NCBI GenBank assembly: GCA_902472425.1
Contig: CABRNS010000003.1
Location: forward strand, 42,131 to 106,130
Reading direction: 5' to 3'
From: an uncultured Bacteroides sp.
GTDB taxonomy: Bacteria; Bacteroidota; Bacteroidia; Bacteroidales; UBA932
Length of the DNA stretch: 64,000 nucleotides
Shown: in pieces, positions 9,024-19,118 of the stretch
Position numbering within the stretch: position 1 is the stretch's first letter
Layout of the letters: each line of letters begins with the position of its first letter
Position numbers and translations under genes: made by a program
The notes under the pieces: model-generated
The model's database searches: none
What the model was told of the DNA's origin: nothing
Seen by the model: the letters and a program-made list of their open reading frames with translations, nothing else

Positions 9024-11579
9024 CTAGAATCTGACTTTTACTCTATGTCCATTGTACGAGATCTCCTTTGTGCTGTCTCCTACGGTGACTCTTATGCTTC
9101 TCTGTGCCGGCATTCCGGCGTAACTTCCGTTTCTTGCGCCTATTTCAAGAACCTTGCGAGAGTCGTTCCATTTCAATTCGATGGTGCTGTATTCGCCGTT
9201 TTCGTATGAATAGTCGGTTCCGGTGTCCTCGTATAAGGTGAAAGAACCATTGGCTCCCGGATAGACATGTATGTCAAGAGTCCCTCCAATGCTCTGGGCC
9301 GCATATTGTACATCCTCTCCCATAGGAACTATTGAACCGGCGCGTACAAATACCGGGATGGCGTCCATATTTACGGCAGTCTGGATGAATCTTCCTCCGC
9401 AATAGTGTTTACCGTCCCTGAGGTCATACCACCCGTTTTCGTTTTCCGGCAGGTAGCATTCCATTATGTGTATGTTCCCTTCGGTGACCGGACATACGAG
9501 GAAGGCGTCTCCGAACATGTATTCTGTCTGCTGTTCGAGAGCTTTGCGGTCATTCGGGAAGTCGAATACGAGCGGCCGCATCAGGGTGCTGCCCTCAAAA
9601 CTGATTTTGGAAGCCCAACTGTAGATGTACGGCATCAATTTGTAACGCATTTGTATGGCGGCCTTGAACCTTTGTTCCGCTTCGGGACCGTATCTCCAAG
9701 GTTCGGTGTCACTCATGTAGCCGTGTACCCTCATCAGCGGAAGGAAAACGCTTGTCTGGATCCATCTGGTCATCCGCTCGATGTACTCCGGGTCCGAGTA
9801 TTGGTTCCTTGGGCGGAAGAACCCTCCGGCATCATAAGTCCACCAGGCCTGTCCTGCGGACATCATTCCGAGTCCTGCGCTAATCTGTGTCCTGAGAGTA
9901 TTCCAGTCATTGCCGACATCTCCGGACCATGTAGCTGCGCCGTATCGTTGCATCCCGGGGAATGCACTTCTTGTAAGAATCATGCTTCGGCGCTCCGGGT
10001 CGTCTTTGCGGAATCCTTCATAGACGGTCTTGCTGACAAGCAGCGGATAGCAGTTGCGCACCAGTTCGCCATGTAGAGTTCCTCCTGCGACCATGCGACC
10101 GACCAAATCGTCGTTTTCCGGCTCTGTCGCGTCCTGCCACCAAGCATCGATTCTGTAAGGTTTCAGGAGTTTGTCGCTGAAATTGTCCCAGTATTCCTGA
10201 GCGGCGGCGGGATTGAAAAAGTCTATCCAATCAGTATCCGGTATATAATATCCTTTTTCAAGCATCTGCTTTCCGAGAATGGAGCTCTTGTCTATTTTGG
10301 ACCACACCGAAAGCATCAGTCTGACATTCATATCGTGCAGGCTGTCGGTAAGTGCTCTTGGAGAAGGATAGTTTTTCTTGTCGAACACCATTGAATTCCA
10401 ACCGTTGTCTCCCCACCATTGCCAATCCTGCACTATCAGATCCAAAGGAATCTGCTTTTCGCGGAATGTCCCGGCGCTGCGGATTATTTCTTCCGAGCTG
10501 TGATATCTTTCGCGGCAGTGAATGTATCCCAGAGCCCACTGTGGCATCATAGGAATTGCTCCGGTGAGAGCGCGGTAGGATGCTGTTATCTCGTCTGCAT
10601 TTCCCAAGAATACGGTGTAGTCCACGGCGTCCGCTACGGGGGAAGACAAAACCGTGGTGTCGTCCACAAGGCACAATCCAAGGGAAGGGGTGTCGTCTTT
10701 CTCCATTTCGGCTGATACTGTGTGTTTGCCGGCTTCGAGATAGACTATTGCCGAGCAGGTAGGCGGAAGCCAGAGATTTCGCTGGTCGAATACTGTCTTT
10801 CCGTCGATGACAAGGTTATGACGTCTGGCCATGGTGCGTCCGCAGTCCAGAAGAAGAGACCATCTGCCGCTTTGGGGGACGTCAAGTTCTGCGGTGAACG
10901 TACTTCCGGTTCTGAATTCCCTGCGTCCTCCGGTGGTGGAGGTGACATCTACCATTTCTCCCTTGCTTTCGCTGTCTTCAACTCTGGAAAGCGATATGGT
11001 ACGTTCTGACGGATTGAAGTCCGTCAGGCCATAGTTGTTCCACAGCAGTCCATAACCTTTGGAGGAGATGTACATAGGCAGTGAAATCTGGGTATTGACC
11101 TGGGTCAGCCTTCTGGAAAGGCCGCACACATTGGTGTATCCGTCCTGAAACTGTCCAAGTCCATACATGAATTCTCCTTCGTCTGTTTTTACTCCCAGAC
11201 TTGCGCGGGAGATATCCTGATCATAAAGCCTGCCCTTTACCAAATCATGACTGTCAGCGCAGAATACGGCTCTGCCGGAGCGGTCAGATATTCTTACCGA
11301 GCGGTCTGCAGGATTCACGGTGAGGGTGTATCCGGCTGTCCGGATTGTTGCAGTGCCATCGGAATTATACGAACTTCTATGTTTTATTGGTTTGCTGTCA
11401 GTGTATATAAGGTTCGGGAGATTGAACTCCTGTCCCTTCTCGTAACGTATGCGGACAGCATTCTCCGACAGTGGTATAACATGTATGTCACCCTCTCCAA
11501 AAGGGATCTTTTCCTGTGCGAGGAGGCTTGATGACAAAAGAACGGACAGCAGGAGTGCCGGTAAGAACTTGCGGGACAT
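9024..11579 (-). CDS. glycoside hydrolase family 31 (alpha-glucosidase / alpha-xylosidase-like), secreted
   Basis: 851 aa, signal peptide MSRKFLPALLLSVLLSSSLLA; DAWWQDATEPE and WSGDVGNDW...DAGGFF GH31 catalytic signatures. Confidence 0.8.
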   Translation of the reverse strand: MSRKFLPALLLSVLLSSSLLAQEKIPFGEGDIHVIPLSENAVRIRYEKGQEFNLPNLIYTDSKPIKHRSSYNSDGTATIRTAGYTLTVNPADRSVRISDRSGRAVFCADSHDLVKGRLYDQDISRASLGVKTDEGEFMYGLGQFQDGYTNVCGLSRRLTQVNTQISLPMYISSKGYGLLWNNYGLTDFNPSERTISLSRVEDSESKGEMVDVTSTTGGRREFRTGSTFTAELDVPQSGRWSLLLDCGRTMARRHNLVIDGKTVFDQRNLWLPPTCSAIVYLEAGKHTVSAEMEKDDTPSLGLCLVDDTTVLSSPVADAVDYTVFLGNADEITASYRALTGAIPMMPQWALGYIHCRERYHSSEEIIRSAGTFREKQIPLDLIVQDWQWWGDNGWNSMVFDKKNYPSPRALTDSLHDMNVRLMLSVWSKIDKSSILGKQMLEKGYYIPDTDWIDFFNPAAAQEYWDNFSDKLLKPYRIDAWWQDATEPENDDLVGRMVAGGTLHGELVRNCYPLLVSKTVYEGFRKDDPERRSMILTRSAFPGMQRYGAATWSGDVGNDWNTLRTQISAGLGMMSAGQAWWTYDAGGFFRPRNQYSDPEYIERMTRWIQTSVFLPLMRVHGYMSDTEPWRYGPEAEQRFKAAIQMRYKLMPYIYSWASKISFEGSTLMRPLVFDFPNDRKALEQQTEYMFGDAFLVCPVTEGNIHIMECYLPENENGWYDLRDGKHYCGGRFIQTAVNMDAIPVFVRAGSIVPMGEDVQYAAQSIGGTLDIHVYPGANGSFTLYEDTGTDYSYENGEYSTIELKWNDSRKVLEIGARNGSYAGMPAQRSIRVTVGDSTKEISYNGHRVKVRF

Positions 11580-11584
11580 GCGGA

Positions 11585-12124
11585 CTAATAGTTTTCTGCG
11601 TTGATTTCAAAGTAAGACTGCGGGTGGTTGCATGCAGGGCATGTCTGTGGAGCGGATGTTCCCACTACAATGTGCCCGCAATTGCGGCATTCCCATACCT
11701 TGACTTCGCTTTTTTCGAATACAGACGCTGTCTCTACATTTTTGAGAAGGGCACGATAGCGCTCTTCGTGATGCTTCTCTATCGCGGCGACAAGTCGGAA
11801 TCTGGCTGCAAGTTCCGTAAAGCCTTCTTCTTCGGCGGTTTTTGCGAATCCGGAGTACATATCTGTCCACTCATAATTTTCGCCTTCAGCCGCTGCGGCA
11901 AGGTTCTCTGCGGTGTCGCCGATTCCGTTCAACTCTTTGAACCAGAGTTTAGCGTGCTCCTTTTCGTTCTCTGCGGTTTTGAGGAAGAGTGCTGCTATCT
12001 GCTCATAGCCTTCTTTTTTGGCTTTTGAGGCGAAATAGGTGTATTTGTTGCGTGCCTGTGATTCGCCTGCGAAAGCTTCCAGTAGATTTTTCTCGGTCTG
12101 TGTGCCTGAATACTTAGTTTTCAT
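11585..12124 (-). CDS. rbr: rubrerythrin
   Basis: Ferritin-like di-iron N-domain ([28 protein letters not shown]) plus C-terminal rubredoxin CRNCGH...CPACNH. Confidence 0.9.
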   Translation of the reverse strand: MKTKYSGTQTEKNLLEAFAGESQARNKYTYFASKAKKEGYEQIAALFLKTAENEKEHAKLWFKELNGIGDTAENLAAAAEGENYEWTDMYSGFAKTAEEEGFTELAARFRLVAAIEKHHEERYRALLKNVETASVFEKSEVKVWECRNCGHIVVGTSAPQTCPACNHPQSYFEINAENY

Positions 12125-12153
12125 TGTGAATGGATTTTATGTGTAATGGTAGA

Positions 12154-12161
12154 CAAATATA
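12154..12161 (-). promoter_or_regulatory. candidate -7 box (TATATTTG on minus strand) for rubrerythrin
   Basis: Perfect TAnnTTTG 30 nt upstream of the rbr ATG. Confidence 0.4.
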
Positions 12162-12204
12162 GGCAAATTTGGTTTCTGAAAAAATATTTTGTATATTCGC
12201 ATCT

Positions 12205-12900
12205 ATGGAAACGAAACAAGCAGTAAGGATACAGACATCATTTTTGAATGCTGTAGAAAAAAAGGTTCTGGTATGGATAGCGGAAAGACTCCCCAAGTGG
12301 GTATCCTCCGATTTGTTGTCTGCAATCGGCTTTGTCGGTGCGGTGATCATTGCGGCCGGATTTGTGCTTTCCACCAGGGATATAAATTTCCTTTGGCTGG
12401 CCTCTTTTGGACTTGTAGTCAACTGGTTTGGAGATTCTTTGGACGGTACGCTCGCCCGTGTGCGCAAGCATCAGCGTCCGGTATACGGCTATTATCTCGA
12501 TCATATGCTTGACGGCATCAACGAGAGTTTGATGTTTATCGGCGCCGGATTGTCTTCGCTGATGCATCTTTCACTTGCTCTCTGCGTGCTGGTGCTGTAT
12601 CTGCTGCTTACCATAAATGTCAGCATCAATGCTCATCTGAAGCATGAATTCAGGCTTACTTATGCCAGGCTTGGACCTACAGAGTTCCGACTTATCATTA
12701 TAATAGTCAATACTCTGTTTATATTCATAAAACCGCTGCGCGAATTCTCTACGAATGTCAGCCTTTTGGGATTTTCTGCCTCATTGAGTGCACTTGATAT
12801 CGTTGCTGCGGCCATTTCTCTCATACTTGCAGTGATGCTTGTCGTCACTATGTTCAACGATCTTCGTGATTACGACAAGATAGACCCTAAAACCTGGTAA
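12205..12900 (+). CDS. CDP-alcohol phosphatidyltransferase family protein
   Basis: DSLDGTLARVRKHQRPVYGYYLDHMLD fits D-G-x2-A-R...G-x3-D-x3-D; polytopic membrane protein. ATG 12205 (METKQ) preferred over upstream start. Confidence 0.75.
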   Translation: METKQAVRIQTSFLNAVEKKVLVWIAERLPKWVSSDLLSAIGFVGAVIIAAGFVLSTRDINFLWLASFGLVVNWFGDSLDGTLARVRKHQRPVYGYYLDHMLDGINESLMFIGAGLSSLMHLSLALCVLVLYLLLTINVSINAHLKHEFRLTYARLGPTEFRLIIIIVNTLFIFIKPLREFSTNVSLLGFSASLSALDIVAAAISLILAVMLVVTMFNDLRDYDKIDPKTW

Positions 12901-12903
12901 TCC

Positions 12904-14313
12904 ATGAGCATCTGGGTGGTGGAGATTGTGTTTGTCTTGATTCTGCTGAGTACCATAGTACTGGTGATAGCGGAAAATAAGCATCCGGTCAAGACTCTTG
13001 CCTGGCTTATGGTTCTGGTTTTCTTGCCGGTAGTCGGCCTTGTGATATATTTCCTTTTTGGAATTGACAAGAAGCACCGAAGACTGGTGTCTGACGTCGA
13101 TCTCCGCCGATTGAAGAGTCACACGGAGAGTCTTTATGAGGATGAGATATACGAGTCTCCATCCAAGGACCAGAAGGATTTGATGAACCTTCTTCGTTCC
13201 GCCAATATGGCCTTTCCTTTAGGAGGTAATTCCGTCAAGCAATATACCGAATTCGATGCGATGTTTGCGGATCTGCTCGCAGATTTGAACTCTGCCTGCG
13301 ATCATATACATTTTGAGTTTTTCAAGTTTGAAGATGACCGGATCGGCCGGGAGATTGAGGAAATTCTTGTGCGCAAGGCGGCGGAAGGACTTGAAGTGAG
13401 AGTCCAATATGATGATGCGGCCAATTTGGGGCATCGTTCGTTTTTCCGCAGGATGCGCAGCAAGGGTGTTCAGGTGCAGCCTTTCATCAAGGTGATGATA
13501 CCTTTCATATCAAGTGACACCAATTATCGCAACCACAGAAAGGTAGTTGTGATTGACGGTAAAATCGGTTACATAGGAGGAATGAACATTGCGGAAAGGT
13601 ATTCTGTCGGAATACGAGGCGGTGTATGGCGGGATACGCATATAAGGGTCACCGGCCCTGCAGTATCCGAGATGCAGACTTCTTTCCTTGTAGATTGGCA
13701 GTTCACTTCCCATCAAGTGCTTGATGATGATCGCTATTACCCTAAGATAGAGCCGCAGGGGGACGTGCTTATGCAGGTGGCTACATCCGGACCTATGGAT
13801 GAATGGAGGGTAATCATGCAGGGAATCACCCAGATGATTGCTCAGAGCAAGAAATATATTTACATCCAGTCTCCGTATCTTATTCCGACAGAACCAGTAC
13901 TTTTGGCGTTGAGAAATGCGGCGTTGGCTGGAGTGGATGTGAGGATAATGATTCCTTATCATGGCGATAAGGGAATAATGCCGCCTCTGGCATCGCGCTC
14001 TTATGTGAAAGATGTCATCACAGCGGGAGTAAAGGTGTATTTCTATGATAACGGCTATATGCACTCCAAGGCAATAGTTTCCGATGACAAAATAGCTACC
14101 ATTGGTTCTACCAATATGGATGTGAGGAGTTATGAGCAGGATTTTGAAATCAATGCCTTTATATATGACAAAAAGGTAGCTAAGGAAACCAAGGCCGCAT
14201 TCCTTAGAGACCAGGAACACTCATGGCTGGTGGATCCGAAGAAGTGGGTCGCCCGCTCGTGGTTTGTACGTTTTAAAGAGTCTCTTGCGCGGCTGACATC
14301 TCCGTTATTATAA
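12904..14313 (+). CDS. cls: phospholipase-D-type cardiolipin synthase (ClsA-like)
   Basis: Two N-terminal TM helices; two HKD motifs (HRKVVVIDGKIGYIGGMN and HSKAIVSDDKIATIGSTNMD). Starts 4 nt after the upstream stop. Confidence 0.85.
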   Translation: MSIWVVEIVFVLILLSTIVLVIAENKHPVKTLAWLMVLVFLPVVGLVIYFLFGIDKKHRRLVSDVDLRRLKSHTESLYEDEIYESPSKDQKDLMNLLRSANMAFPLGGNSVKQYTEFDAMFADLLADLNSACDHIHFEFFKFEDDRIGREIEEILVRKAAEGLEVRVQYDDAANLGHRSFFRRMRSKGVQVQPFIKVMIPFISSDTNYRNHRKVVVIDGKIGYIGGMNIAERYSVGIRGGVWRDTHIRVTGPAVSEMQTSFLVDWQFTSHQVLDDDRYYPKIEPQGDVLMQVATSGPMDEWRVIMQGITQMIAQSKKYIYIQSPYLIPTEPVLLALRNAALAGVDVRIMIPYHGDKGIMPPLASRSYVKDVITAGVKVYFYDNGYMHSKAIVSDDKIATIGSTNMDVRSYEQDFEINAFIYDKKVAKETKAAFLRDQEHSWLVDPKKWVARSWFVRFKESLARLTSPLL

Positions 14314-14314
14314 T

Positions 14315-15346
14315 ATGGGATTGAAGAAGTGGTTGAATAATGCAAGATCTGTCTCGCTGATGCAGAGCAGTATGCCGGCTCTGCTTGCAGTGGTGCTTGC
14401 AGTAGGGCAGCCTGGATTTAATTTGTGGCTTGCTATTCTGGCAGTTGTTGGAGTGATGTGCGCCCATTTGGGAATGAATCTTGCTGATGATTATTTTGAT
14501 TATCGTGCAGATATGCTCTCTGACCGGGACAAGGTGATTCGCAGGGGATTCCGTGCGATGACTGAAAAGTATCCTTATCTTACGGACGGAAGTGTGACTC
14601 CGGGAGGTCTGCTCAGGGCGATATTCTCATTCGGGGGAGTTGCAGCTTTCTGTGGAGCGCTTATCTTTTTGGTAAGGACTCTGTCCAATGGCTTCACGGG
14701 GATGTGCGGCAGTTGGTGGATAGTTGTAGTCGCCGTGCTCACAGGATTTCTCGGGTGGTTCTATTCCGCACCGCCGCTCAAACTGGCTTACAGAGGTTTG
14801 GGAGAACCTGTCATCGGGGTAATTTTCGGACCTCTTTTGATGATGGGGGTATATTACTCGGCTTGCGGGGCGGTTACGATGGAAGTTGTGCTGGCTTCGG
14901 TGCCTGTAGGACTGCTTGTGCTGAATATATTGTTTACGCATAGTTTTATAGAGCGGGAAAGCGATGCGGCGTCCAATAAAATGACTCTGGCACGGCTTCT
15001 CGGCTCGGACAAGGCGAATATGGCAGCTGCCGTAGTTATCAATTTCCTTCCGTACCTTATAGTGGTTGTGGCAGTCCTGCTTAAGGATATGTCTGCATTG
15101 TATCTTACGGTGCTGCTGCTTATTCCCAATTCTATCTGGCTGTGCCGTTCGCTCGCTGCGTACAACAGGGGCGAGACGGGCGTGCCGGAAAAACCTCTTC
15201 CGTGGCTTGGCCCGATGGGGGACTGGGAACGGGTAAGGGCCAGAGGAATCGACTGGTTTCTGATGCGCTGGATGGCGGCTCGTAATATTCTCAGCGGATT
15301 TTGTCTTATAGTATTGATAGTGAGACTTGTTTTAATATTTATATGA
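14315..15346 (+). CDS. UbiA-superfamily prenyltransferase (MenA-like motifs)
   Basis: NLADDYFDYRAD (first Asp-rich motif) and ERESDAASNKMTLARLLG (second motif) resemble MenA NDYGDAVKGSD / DRENGKNTLVVRLG; 8-9 TM. Starts 2 nt after the cls stop. Confidence 0.7.
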   Translation: MGLKKWLNNARSVSLMQSSMPALLAVVLAVGQPGFNLWLAILAVVGVMCAHLGMNLADDYFDYRADMLSDRDKVIRRGFRAMTEKYPYLTDGSVTPGGLLRAIFSFGGVAAFCGALIFLVRTLSNGFTGMCGSWWIVVVAVLTGFLGWFYSAPPLKLAYRGLGEPVIGVIFGPLLMMGVYYSACGAVTMEVVLASVPVGLLVLNILFTHSFIERESDAASNKMTLARLLGSDKANMAAAVVINFLPYLIVVVAVLLKDMSALYLTVLLLIPNSIWLCRSLAAYNRGETGVPEKPLPWLGPMGDWERVRARGIDWFLMRWMAARNILSGFCLIVLIVRLVLIFI

Positions 15347-16245
15347 GTAAGTTTTCTGAATTTACATATCTTCCTTTCTGGTGGATTCGTGCAGTGCTGG
15401 GGCGTCACAAACCGCTCCAGAGCGTGATTTTTATCTCTGACAGATGTAATCTGAGTTGTAAGCATTGCAGTGTATATAATCATGAACTGCCAAATGACAA
15501 GACTTTCGCCCAGATAGAGGAAGAGTTGAGATATTGCTATTCGCTTGGTTCCAGATTTGTGGATTTCGAGGGCGGGGAGCCTTTTCTGTGGAGAGACGGG
15601 GACCGAAACGTCAACGACCTATGCCGTCTGGCGAAGTCCATAGGCTTTTTCTCATGCACCATTACTACAAACGCCCAGCTGCCGTTTGACGGTACCGTTG
15701 CCGACAGTATCTGGGTGTCGATGGATGGAGTGGGAGAGGCTCATGAGAGTATCAGAGGCAAGGGCACATTCGAGAGACTGGAAAAGAATGTCGCTACTTG
15801 CGGCTGTAAGAACCTTTCTGCGAATATGGCCATAAACAGTATTAACTATGATTCTGTCGGGGCGGCTATAGAATATGTGGCTTCGAACCCTGCTTTCAAA
15901 TGCATATCCCTTAATTTTCATACTCCGTTCCCGGGGACAGAATCGCTGGAACTGCCTCATGACAAGAGGATAGAAGTCATAGACATGATTCTTGACTACA
16001 AGAAAAGGGGATTTCCAATCATGAACTCTCGCAGCGGTCTCAAGAAAATGCGGGACAATGATTTCATCATGCGCTGCTGGATGACCAATTTTATTTTTGC
16101 CGCCGGTACCCGCAGTGACATTTGTGCCGGTTATGAGGCCGGACTGTGTCCTAAGTGCGGATTCTGTATGGCGGGGGAGGAATCGGCAGTGATGGAACTG
16201 CGTCCGGATACCATTCTGTCCGGGTTGAAGCTGAGACTTAAATAA
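15343..16245 (+). CDS. radical SAM protein with C-terminal SPASM/twitch-like cysteine cluster
   Basis: CNLSCKHCS (CxxxCxxC), GGEPFLW, ITTNAQL, C-terminal CAGYEAGLCPKCGFC; ATG overlaps the UbiA stop (ATGA). Confidence 0.75.
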   Translation: MSKFSEFTYLPFWWIRAVLGRHKPLQSVIFISDRCNLSCKHCSVYNHELPNDKTFAQIEEELRYCYSLGSRFVDFEGGEPFLWRDGDRNVNDLCRLAKSIGFFSCTITTNAQLPFDGTVADSIWVSMDGVGEAHESIRGKGTFERLEKNVATCGCKNLSANMAINSINYDSVGAAIEYVASNPAFKCISLNFHTPFPGTESLELPHDKRIEVIDMILDYKKRGFPIMNSRSGLKKMRDNDFIMRCWMTNFIFAAGTRSDICAGYEAGLCPKCGFCMAGEESAVMELRPDTILSGLKLRLK

Positions 16246-16265
16246 TCACATAATTGATATACGGT

Positions 16266-17615
16266 ATGAAAGAATATATCGAACAGAACAAGGAGAGATT
16301 CTTCGAAGAATTGTTCGGAATTCTCCGCATCCCTTCCATAAGTGCGAAGGAGGAGCACAAGGCTGACATGTATTTCTGTGCGGAAGCGCTGGCCGATCTT
16401 CTCGTGGAGGCCGGTGCCGATGAAGCCGGGGTATGTGAAACCATGGGAAATCCTGTGGTGTATGGGCAGAAAATCATTGATCCTAAGGCATATACCGTAT
16501 TAGTATATGGTCACTATGACGTTCAGCCGGCGGAACCTCTCGATAAGTGGAATACGGATCCTTTCGAGCCTGTCATCAAGGATGGCGCTATATGGGGAAG
16601 GGGAGCCAATGATGATAAGGGACAGCTTTTCATGCATATCAAGGCATTCGAGTATCTTGTGGAGAGCGGAAAACTGAACTGTAATGTCAAGTTTCTCTTT
16701 GAAGGAGAGGAGGAAATTGGCAGTCCGTCTCTTCCGGCGTGGATAAAGTCACATAAGAAACTGCTCAAAGCTGACGTGTGTCTTGTAAGTGACACGACTA
16801 TGATAAGCGAGAAAGTTCCTTCCATCAACTGTGGAATGAGGGGCTTGAGCTATCTGGAAGTCAAAGTCGTCGGACCGAATAAGGATTTGCATTCAGGACA
16901 TTACGGCGGAGCGGTGGCCAATCCTATACAGGTATTGTGCGAGATGATTTCAAAACTCTTCGATGAGGATGGAAAGGTGACTGTTCCCGGCTTTTATGAC
17001 AAAGTGGTGGAGTTGTCTCGTGCAGACAGGAAGATGCTGTCGCGTGCACCGTTCGATATGAAAGAGTATAAGGATTTCCTTGGGGTAAGGGAATTGCGCG
17101 GGGAGAAAGGATATACTCCGCTTGAAAGGACCGGTATCAGGCCTTGTCTGGATGTGTGCGGTATTTGGGGCGGATATACTGGTCAGGGGGCCAAGACGGT
17201 TCTTCCTTCGGAGGCTTATGCCAAGATTTCAATGCGTCTGGTTCCTAATCAGCGCAGTGCTGAAATTACCAGAGCGTTTGCTTCATATTTCAAGAAATTG
17301 GCGCCTCGGAGCGTGCGTGTGGAAGTGACTCCTATGGAAGGCGGTGACGGGTTCCTTATTCCTATTGATTCTCCGGCATACAAAGCTGCCTCACGCGCTA
17401 TCGGAGAGGTGTTCGGTGCAGAGCCTGTTCCTTCCCGCGGCGGCGGCTCCATTGCAATCCTTGCGGAAGTGCAGAAGATTCTTGGGGTGGATCCGCTTCT
17501 GATGGGATTCGGACTGGAAAGAGATACCATACATTCTCCGAATGAGAGTTGTCTTCTCAAGCAGTTCTTTTCCGGCATGGAGTCAATAGCCAAATTCTAC
17601 GAATACATCGTATAG
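16266..17615 (+). CDS. M20-family metallopeptidase (dipeptidase / DapE-ArgE-like)
   Basis: HYDVQPAEP, GRGANDDKG, FEGEEEIGS metal-binding motifs of peptidase M20. Confidence 0.8.
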   Translation: MKEYIEQNKERFFEELFGILRIPSISAKEEHKADMYFCAEALADLLVEAGADEAGVCETMGNPVVYGQKIIDPKAYTVLVYGHYDVQPAEPLDKWNTDPFEPVIKDGAIWGRGANDDKGQLFMHIKAFEYLVESGKLNCNVKFLFEGEEEIGSPSLPAWIKSHKKLLKADVCLVSDTTMISEKVPSINCGMRGLSYLEVKVVGPNKDLHSGHYGGAVANPIQVLCEMISKLFDEDGKVTVPGFYDKVVELSRADRKMLSRAPFDMKEYKDFLGVRELRGEKGYTPLERTGIRPCLDVCGIWGGYTGQGAKTVLPSEAYAKISMRLVPNQRSAEITRAFASYFKKLAPRSVRVEVTPMEGGDGFLIPIDSPAYKAASRAIGEVFGAEPVPSRGGGSIAILAEVQKILGVDPLLMGFGLERDTIHSPNESCLLKQFFSGMESIAKFYEYIV

Positions 17616-17617
17616 TC

Positions 17618-17986
17618 TTATAGGGAGGAGTGATTCCATCTTGTCGGAAACAGAAGAAGTCCGACAGCGACTGTGCCTAATATGGCACCGAATACATACC
17701 ACCATTTGCAGATGAAAGTGCTTATGGTAGTTAGGATTGCCGTGTTGAATTGCGGAAGGCTTACGGGACGAAGGAGTGTCAGCACAGTGATGCCGGCACC
17801 AATGAGTAAACCTGCTATGAGCGTTATGAGCGACACGCGTCTATAGAACGCTATTTGCTTGTCATGCTCGCGTTTGATTTCGTTTGCCAGCAAAATGCGT
17901 TGCTCCAATTGCGCCATAAACTCTTCTCTTTTAAGCGGAGCCGGTCGGTTGGCGTGGAAAAACTCTCTGATTTCAGAATCGTTCAT
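17618..17986 (-). CDS. membrane protein, putative anti-sigma factor partner of the ECF sigma
   Basis: 122 aa, cytoplasmic N-terminus plus 2 TM; overlaps the sigma gene stop by 14 nt. Confidence 0.45.
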   Translation of the reverse strand: MNDSEIREFFHANRPAPLKREEFMAQLEQRILLANEIKREHDKQIAFYRRVSLITLIAGLLIGAGITVLTLLRPVSLPQFNTAILTTISTFICKWWYVFGAILGTVAVGLLLFPTRWNHSSL

Positions 17987-18470
17987 TGTCCTGCAGTTTG
18001 ATTTTTAGTTTGGTACGGCCTCTGGAAAGCAGTGATTTTACTGTTCCTTCCGGCATATCCATTATTACAGCTATTTCTTTTATTTCCTTGTCCTCCATGT
18101 AAAATAGCAGAATGGCCGCCTTTTCGTTGGGATTCAGTTCGGAAATGGCTTTGTATAATGACTGGTATTTGAAGTGCTCGTCGGCCGAATCAGGAGATAT
18201 CCCGTATCGGGTTACATTCTTGTCGGTGTCGATGCTGCTGTCCTGAGGTTTGGAGCTGCGGCTGCACCAGCAGTTGTATGCTATTCTCATGATGTAAGTT
18301 GAGAACTTGGACTCACCTCGAAACTTGCCTATAGCAAGCCATGCCTTCAAGCAGGTGTCTTGTGCAATATCATCGGCCGTAAACGCATCTCCGCCGCACA
18401 GCACGCACAGGAACCTCCGTAAAGGCTCCTGCACAGCGCTGATTTCGTCTATGAATTGTTTTTCGGTCAT
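17973..18470 (-). CDS. ECF-type RNA polymerase sigma-70 factor
   Basis: 165 aa; region 2 (ADDIAQDTCLKAWLAIGKF) and region 4 (LNPNEKAAILLFYMEDKEIKEIAVIMDMPEGTVKSLLSRGRTKL). Confidence 0.85.
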   Translation of the reverse strand: MTEKQFIDEISAVQEPLRRFLCVLCGGDAFTADDIAQDTCLKAWLAIGKFRGESKFSTYIMRIAYNCWCSRSSKPQDSSIDTDKNVTRYGISPDSADEHFKYQSLYKAISELNPNEKAAILLFYMEDKEIKEIAVIMDMPEGTVKSLLSRGRTKLKIKLQDNERF

Positions 18471-18477
18471 TGATAAT

Positions 18478-18933
18478 CTAAGCGTCTTCGTGTGCCTTTT
18501 GGTTCTGCTCTGACAGCTGTCTTTCTTCTTCCTCGATTTCCTTGGAGAACTGTTTCTTCATGATGAAATAGGCACATAGAAGTGCGATACCGAGGAATCC
18601 CAATATGCAGCCCGGAACTTGGAACAGGACAGCGTTCACCTTAGATATTGCGCTCTCGGCCCAAAATGGTATGACTAAAAGGGCGATTCCTATTGCCAGG
18701 GTAATCATACCTGAGGTACAGAGAGAGAAGACTTTTTGCTTTGTGGATTTCGTGCGCTCTTTCCCGAAGATATTAGGGTCCAGTTGCGCTCCGCTTTCGA
18801 TGGCTTTAAGTACGACCTCAGTCTTTTTGTCAATCATGTGACTGCGGCTTCTCGTGATGAGGAAAACAATGATGCATGGCAGTACCACGCAGACACTGAT
18901 AGGAACCAGAGTGGAAATAATGATTTCTTGCAT
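18478..18933 (-). CDS. membrane protein of unknown function (first gene of the sigma/anti-sigma operon)
   Basis: 151 aa, 3-4 TM, acidic C-tail; 8 nt upstream of the ECF sigma gene. Confidence 0.45.
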   Translation of the reverse strand: MQEIIISTLVPISVCVVLPCIIVFLITRSRSHMIDKKTEVVLKAIESGAQLDPNIFGKERTKSTKQKVFSLCTSGMITLAIGIALLVIPFWAESAISKVNAVLFQVPGCILGFLGIALLCAYFIMKKQFSKEIEEEERQLSEQNQKAHEDA

Positions 18934-19118
18934 AATGGTTGTGTTTTTGATTTGTCCTGCATGTTAGACCTCAAAAGCGGGTAAAAGGTTGCAATGCATC
19001 ATAAATTATTTGCTTTATTGGTGGAAATGCGTGGTGTGTAAATGGATTGCGAGCAGTAAATGGGATGACTAAAAAAGGATGACTATCAGTCTTTTGACTC
19101 TTAGCCATCCTTTTAATG

